Of a stretch of DNA of 64,000 nucleotides, positions 57,969 to 64,000 are shown in pieces. Positions within the stretch are counted from its first letter, which is position 1; each line of letters begins with the position of its first letter. The DNA is taken from the NCBI GenBank assembly GCA_045616305.1, contig JAZLGO010000029.1, forward strand, positions 50 to 64,049, read 5' to 3'. The stretch comes from Saccharofermentans sp. Lineage in GTDB: Bacteria > Bacillota > Clostridia > Saccharofermentanales > Saccharofermentanaceae. Under the pieces are notes generated by a model. It had not been told where the DNA came from. It did no database searches and was given only the letters and a program-made list of their open reading frames with translations. Made by a program: the position numbers and the translations under genes.

Positions 57969-59603
57969 TTAATCCTGATTCTCAAAATCCACCAGATGCT
58001 CCTGACCGTAAAGTTTACGAAGCTTAGGTTTCTCAATTTTACCGGTAGCGTTACGAAGAACCGGTGCGAAGATTATTTTACGAGGTCTCTTATATCTCGG
58101 AAGCTGCTGGCAAAATTCGTTTACTTCATCCTCAGAAAGCTCCATGCCTTCCTTAACCTCGATAATTGCACCTTCGATTTCACCGAGACGCTTGTCAGGA
58201 AGACCTATAACTGCTGCATCCTTAATCTTAATATTCTTCATAAGGAAATCTTCAATCTCAACAGGGTAGAGATTCTCACCACCGGATACGATTACATCTT
58301 TTTTACGGTCAACAAGATAAATAAAACCGTCTTCATCCTGACGACCTACGTCACCTGTAAGAAGCCATCCGTCCTTAAGAACATCATTGGTTGCTTCTTC
58401 GTTGTTATAGTAACAAGTCATAACACCGTCACCTTTGACGCAGAGCTCACCAACTTCGCCTTGTTTTACTATATTGCCGTTCTCATCAATAATTTTGCAT
58501 TCCCATCCATAACCCGGGATTCCTATAGCACCGACTTTATGGACATTTTCAACACCTAAGTGAACACAACCCGGTCCTATGGATTCGCTTAATCCGTAGT
58601 TAGTATCATACTGATGCTTAGGGAAGTACTCAAGCCATCTCTTGATGAGTGATTTTGGTACAGGTTGAGCACCGATATGCATAAGTCTCCACTGATCGAG
58701 CTGATAATCCTCAAGTTTTACATCTCCTCTGTCCAGAGCATCAAGAATATCCTGTGCCCAAGGTACAAGAAGCCATACAATTGTGCAGTGCTCCTGTGAA
58801 GCCGCGTTCAGTATGTACTCCGGCTTTGTTCCTCTGAGAAGAACAGCCTTCGAACCGCTTATTAAGCTTCCCATCCAGTGCATTTTAGCACCTGTGTGGT
58901 AAAGCGGCGGTATACAAAGGAAGCAATCATCTCTTGATGTAGAATGATGATTCTGTTCAACCTTGGCGGCATGAACGAGACTCTTATGCTTGTGAAGAAT
59001 AGCCTTAGGAAAGCCCGTTGTTCCGGAACTGAAATAGATAGCACCGTAATCTTCGTCAGTTATATCAATTTTTGGAGCCTCACTTGAGTAATCCGCTGTT
59101 ATTAAACGGTAATCCTCTGCAAAGGTAGGACATGTCTCTCCGACAAAGATAAGTGCTCTGTTCTTAGTAAGTTCAGTCTCGATGTTTTCGATACGTCCGA
59201 TAAATTCAGGACCGAAGAAAAGAATATCGAGTTCGGCAAGGTTAGAGCAGTATAAAATCTCTTCAGCTGTATATCTGAAGTTGAGAGGAACCGCAACGGC
59301 ACCTGTCTTAAGGATACCAAAATAAATAGGGAGCCATTCAAGGCAATTCATCATGAGAATACCGATTTTATTTCCCTTCTGAATACCGCGGCTGATAAGC
59401 ATATTCGCGAGTCGGTTTGCTTTCTCGTCAAAAACCTTCCAGGTAATTTCGCGTCTGTAAGCCTGCTTTTCGGTAGGCTGAATAAGTTCATAATCTTTCC
59501 AGGTGATTTTGCCTAATTCCTGTTGATCCGGATTGAGCTCAATAAGAGCTGTCTCGTCACCGTATAATTTTGCATTTCTTTCCAAAAACTCTGTAACCGG
59601 CAT
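57969..59603 (-). CDS. Acyl-CoA synthetase (AMP-forming)
   Basis: YFSSGTTGFPKA, YGLSE, TGD, DRKKD.IVSGGEN, TGKI. Confidence 0.92.
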   Translation of the reverse strand: MPVTEFLERNAKLYGDETALIELNPDQQELGKITWKDYELIQPTEKQAYRREITWKVFDEKANRLANMLISRGIQKGNKIGILMMNCLEWLPIYFGILKTGAVAVPLNFRYTAEEILYCSNLAELDILFFGPEFIGRIENIETELTKNRALIFVGETCPTFAEDYRLITADYSSEAPKIDITDEDYGAIYFSSGTTGFPKAILHKHKSLVHAAKVEQNHHSTSRDDCFLCIPPLYHTGAKMHWMGSLISGSKAVLLRGTKPEYILNAASQEHCTIVWLLVPWAQDILDALDRGDVKLEDYQLDQWRLMHIGAQPVPKSLIKRWLEYFPKHQYDTNYGLSESIGPGCVHLGVENVHKVGAIGIPGYGWECKIIDENGNIVKQGEVGELCVKGDGVMTCYYNNEEATNDVLKDGWLLTGDVGRQDEDGFIYLVDRKKDVIVSGGENLYPVEIEDFLMKNIKIKDAAVIGLPDKRLGEIEGAIIEVKEGMELSEDEVNEFCQQLPRYKRPRKIIFAPVLRNATGKIEKPKLRKLYGQEHLVDFENQD

Positions 59604-59758
59604 ATCAAAACTCCTTCTACAAATACTACATAAACTACAACGTAAAAATACGCCTATAGGAGTATATCACACATTAATGATTTTTTCTTCCCGAAAATGT
59701 GTTGTTGGTTTTTTCTGTGGTAAAATATCCGCATTAAGGTTCTGCAGGAGGAAAGCTC

Positions 59759-60661
59759 ATGGAAAAACTGGTTGTAATAGCCGGAACCAATGCGTCAGGT
59801 AAAAGCGGATTGGGTATAGAATTGGCTTTGCGTTATGATGCTGAGATAGTATCAGCTGATTCGCGTCAGGTTTTCAGAGGTCTTGATTTGGGTTCAGGGA
59901 AGGTTACATCGGAGGAAACACGCGGAGTTGTTCACCATCTTATTGATGTTGTTAATCCCAATGATTCTTTTGCGCTGACTGATTTTCAGCGTCTTGCTTA
60001 CAAGGCAATTGATGATATTCACGCACGCAGAAAGAAAGCTTTTATGGTAGGCGGTACCGGCCTTTATGTAAATTCTGTTGTTGACGGTTATCAGCTTAAG
60101 AATATAGCAATCGATCCGAAGATGCGTGAGCATGTTCTTTCCAAGTCAAGCGATGAACTTATAGAAATGATTCAAGCAAACCGCCCTGAAATTCTTGATA
60201 CTATAGATTTGAAAAATAAGCGCCGTTTGGAACGTGCCTGCGAGAGAATTTTGTGCGGAGATAATGACAAGAAGCCTAATTGCCCAAGATATGATACTCT
60301 GACAATAGGAGTTACCTGGCCGCGACCTGTTTTGTATGAACGTATTAAAGAACGTCTGGACAGAAGACTGGATGAAGGTATGATAGAGGAAGTAAAGAAG
60401 CTCCGTGAGAACGGAGCAACTGATGACTTTCTCTATAAACTCGGACTTGAATATCGCTACATACTAATGTATCTGCGCGGAGAATTTAAAAGTTTTGATG
60501 CTTTTTATGACAAGCTTTTTATGGAAATAAGACATTTGGCGAGAGAGCAAATGACTTGGTTTAACAAGCGAACAGATATTCATTGGATCGATATGACACA
60601 AAATCCTGTGAATGAAGCTGCTTCACTTATTGATGATTGGTATAACGAAGTTCCTGTATAG
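59759..60661 (+). CDS. miaA: tRNA dimethylallyltransferase
   Basis: AGTNASGKS, SADSRQVFRGLDLGSGK, VGGTGLY, Q-x-TWF. Confidence 0.92.
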   Translation: MEKLVVIAGTNASGKSGLGIELALRYDAEIVSADSRQVFRGLDLGSGKVTSEETRGVVHHLIDVVNPNDSFALTDFQRLAYKAIDDIHARRKKAFMVGGTGLYVNSVVDGYQLKNIAIDPKMREHVLSKSSDELIEMIQANRPEILDTIDLKNKRRLERACERILCGDNDKKPNCPRYDTLTIGVTWPRPVLYERIKERLDRRLDEGMIEEVKKLRENGATDDFLYKLGLEYRYILMYLRGEFKSFDAFYDKLFMEIRHLAREQMTWFNKRTDIHWIDMTQNPVNEAASLIDDWYNEVPV

Positions 60662-60672
60662 AACTAAGTTCT

Positions 60673-63600
60673 TCAGGTTTGCTTTCTTCTTTTTATCTCG
60701 TTGCGAACGGCTACAGTAATGAGAACAGTTCCTGATACTGCGAGGTAAATAAGCCATGCTTTGCTTCCGAAAATCTGACCGATAAGATAGATGACGAGAA
60801 ATGCCGTGCTTACAGCTCCCAACAGTACGGTTTGACGACTGTGAAAGAAGAAACCCGCTACAAGGATTACTATGCATATAACGGCATATACCAGTCTGTC
60901 CGACATTTTTCCGGAATCAATTGCTATTCCTGCTAATATAGCCATAAGTATGTAACCGTAGATTATTCTTATCCTTACAGATAAGTCGTGATGCTCATTA
61001 AGACGTGTTATTATTGAAGGCATAAGCATAAAAAATAACGTAATCGGTAACAGCTTAAGCTGAATGATATCGGTAATCTTGTTGTACGGAGAGAATGGCA
61101 ATCTGAACCATACAACCGCTGAAAGTGTTACTGCCAGCAAAGAAATTGCCCGTGTTTTGTTTTCCTTTGATGTGCTTCTGATAAAGTATGCAATTTCAAT
61201 AATGGCAAAGGCAGCTAAAGCATAAATGTTTCTGTATGAATCAGAGAAGAGCATAAGAGTTGATACAGCTGATATTCCGTAAAAAATTGGGTCCTTAGTT
61301 ACAGAACGTTTTCTCTCAAATGCGACAGCTATTGCGAATAACAAGACCGGAATGAGAAGTACAGGTATTCTGTATTCAGCCTGAAATAATTTTGCGAAGG
61401 CACATGAAGCCCATAATGTTGCTACGCCTGATAATACTTTTATTTCATATCGATAGAGAAATGCCCATAATGTCATCATTAAAATAAACAATATGCCTAT
61501 AAACAATGTGACTTCTGTTCCACGATAGCTGCGGAAGTACTTTAAAGATATTAATGCCGGACTTTGTATTAATGCGGATACAAGAATTCCTGCCTGAACG
61601 CCTTTGAAATTCTCCTTTATAAATGTTATACGAGAATCGGAATCTTTATTACGCATTTGCATAATAAATAAGAATACAGTTTCTGCCAAGGAAGTTAAGG
61701 CATAAGGGAGAGCAATATCATTATATAAACCGGTATTTATCTTGTTGTTGTAGTATGCGCAGAATAAAACAAGGAAAACAGACGGCAGCGTGATTGCTGT
61801 CAAGCCTGAAAGCCAAGCTGCTTTACGGGTTGTATATCCGTTTATTTTAATTTCATTGAAAAGGAGACAACTGCTCAGCAACAACGGGATAACGGTGTTT
61901 ATTACTGTAAATGCATTAAGATATGAATTCTCGATAAAAGTAAATAATACATTTATGTATACCATTGACAATGCTGCATAGAAGGAGATAATTACAACTT
62001 TTTTGTTACTGTCAAAGTGACCGATTGCGAATAAGGAGAAAACGACAGATGTAACTATAAGAGTTACAGATGTATATATTGAGTTGTAATCGGTGACTGC
62101 TAATAATGCAATAGACGGAACGAGAACCCATACTATACTGTAAAAATACTTGAGCCAATTATCTTTATGCTGACAAAGATATTGCAAAAATACTGCCAAG
62201 GCCATAAGAACAACTGTCAGCAGGATACATCCTCAGACAAATCTGATAGAATTGTCAACTAAAAAGATTATTACAGACAGAATTGTTGTGAAGCCTAAAA
62301 GAAATTCACTGCCTGAACAATAAAGCGGATTCTTTTTTATTAATGAGAATAATACCAAAGCCGTCAGATTTGCTGCGAAAACAAGTAAATCCAAAATAAC
62401 GATACTGATATCCTGACAGTGTGATAGGCTTATTAACATAATCTCGAAGAGCAGAATTGCAGGGAAGGACAGATAATTCTTTTTCTTAAATATTCCGCAG
62501 AAAATGAATACTGCTATTGCAATTAATGTTTGCGGAACAAACAGCCAAGTAAAATCATAGTTGTTAACTTCAATACATAATGAAAATGCAGAAATAAACG
62601 TAAGAACAAGTCCTGTGGCAAATAGAATTTGAGAGAGCGGCTTTTTTATCAGCTTTATAAATGAAAGTGTAATAAAATACACTCCGACGAACAATAACCA
62701 AGCGGCGACAGCTGTCTCGGAATCGGTATTTATTATTTGCCTGCTTCCTAACAATATGAGTAAGCTGTGCGGTAAACTTAAAAGATTGTATTTAGTATTG
62801 TGAAAGGAGCCTATGAGGAACCCCACTCCTAAAAGAATAATAAAAATACCTGATATAAGTTCCTGCTCCGAACAGACTAAAGCGCACACTGTAAGTGCAT
62901 AGTGATTAAAAATCGCAAACGAATCTGCTATTGCTCCTATGGAAGACAATACGGTATTCTTCGTTATTCGTTTTATGAACGGTGCAGTAACGGTGATAGC
63001 TGTTGCACAGAGTACAAAAAATACTACGTCAAGATTATAAGACCGGTCTTTTACAGTAACCAGAGAAATGATTATAGAAGTGATGCAAGACAAGGCGGTA
63101 AAAGCAAATACTCTGCTTTTGAAGAAGGCTGCACCGAATGCAGTAAGTAACATAAGACTTGCAAAAGCAACGGCAAAAGTATAATGACCTGTTGCTCCGT
63201 GAATTCCGAAGTTCTTTCCTAACAAATCAAATGCACTTGCACCGATGATGGTGATAGGAAGTGCGGCGCTTCCTATTGAATAGAACGCAAGTGCTGTACT
63301 CGGTAAATCAAGCTTAGCTTTGGCAAAAATACCTGCTGCAAGAAAAATTGCACTGAAAGATAACAAAAATAATGCTCTTATTCCGGTGGAAAGGAAACTC
63401 CATGTTGCGGACATAAAGCCTACTGAAGCCAAGAGCACAAGAATAACTCCGACTGTTAAAACAAGACCTGTATTTGAAGTATCAATAAGATCTTTGAGTT
63501 TTTTGTCACGTCTATGTTTAACTTCTTCCGACTGCTGAACGGTTTTAACTGCTTTTGCAGATGGAACTGTTGCATTAACAGGCGCAGGTTCAGATAAGTT

Positions 63601-63789
63601 CTTAATATCATTCTCCGTGTTGATTGATTTTGCGTTTTTCAGTTCCGCTGCAAGTTTCTTGTTCTTTTCTCTTTCTTTTCGATACAAATCAAGAAGGTTT
63701 TTTGCTTCATTGTTCTTTGAAATAAATAATATCAGAAGCGGAATAGGCGAGAGTAAGTACACTATTCCCAATATGACTCCAATTACCAT
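60673..63789 (-). pseudogene. Large polytopic membrane protein (DUF2157-like N-terminal region) interrupted by one in-frame TGA at 62233-62235
   Basis: ORFs 62233-63789 and 60673-62205 are in the same frame and joined by 9 sense codons (RFV*GCILLTVVLMALAV); L..GVILVLLA..GF...TW motif. Confidence 0.7.
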
Positions 63790-63943
63790 GTTTTTATCCT
63801 CTTTTACACACTATATATACTCCGAAAGCTTGATAAAAAATACTTTGATTATCAAACTAATTAAAGTATACACTCGTATTCTGCCTAAGTAAATATGCTA
63901 TTGTTAATTAATTGTTAAGGAAAAAACGAACATCAGTAGTATC

Positions 63944-64000
63944 TTACTTTACAATTCTTCTTATAAGAGGAATTTTACTCAATACAAATATGCTCAGAAC
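63944..64000 (-). CDS. 3' end of a gene running off the window (acyltransferase-3-like C-terminus)
   Basis: Open frame VLSIFVLSKIPLIRRIVK*; only 19 codons visible. Confidence 0.35.
   Translation of the reverse strand, partial: VLSIFVLSKIPLIRRIVK

Noticed and set aside
62233-62235. Selenocysteine or genome-wide TGA recoding
   Set aside because: TGA is a normal stop for secG, gmd, alaS, argF and rbr at their expected lengths; the site is in a TM context with no redox motif or evident SECIS.

Overview
AT-rich chromosomal window from an anaerobic Firmicute, probably Clostridia (inferred from gene content, sigma-A promoters, LytTR/ECF systems and DUF4214-type surface repeats). It opens with the 3' end of an rRNA operon (23S end, 5S, tRNA-Asn) and has four more tRNAs (Gln, Val, Asp, Phe). 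Housekeeping genes include pncA, nadE, maf, mntP, a P-type ATPase, secG, alaS, argF, rubrerythrin and miaA. There is a surface-glycosylation neighbourhood (two YfhO-type GT-C proteins, a GT2, a phosphohexomutase, gmd and an rmd-like reductase) plus many accessory membrane and lipoprotein genes. No CRISPR array, transposase or integrase is visible. The most notable observations are: (1) a restriction-endonuclease-fold gene next to a cluster of REP-like palindromes (53.0-54.0 kb); (2) a second, unrelated BIME-like palindrome cluster preceding an orphan gene and a WYL regulator (24.8-27.0 kb); (3) a single ORF fusing a YfhO glycosyltransferase to a phosphohexomutase across an in-phase A_AAA_AAG slippery site with an internal RBS; (4) a LytTR gene that needs a -1 shift at an in-phase A_AAA_AAG; (5) a structured ~90-nt leader in front of an ECF S component; (6) two heavily decayed pseudogenes and one large membrane gene split by a single in-frame TGA. 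All family calls come from motif recognition by eye, not database searches.
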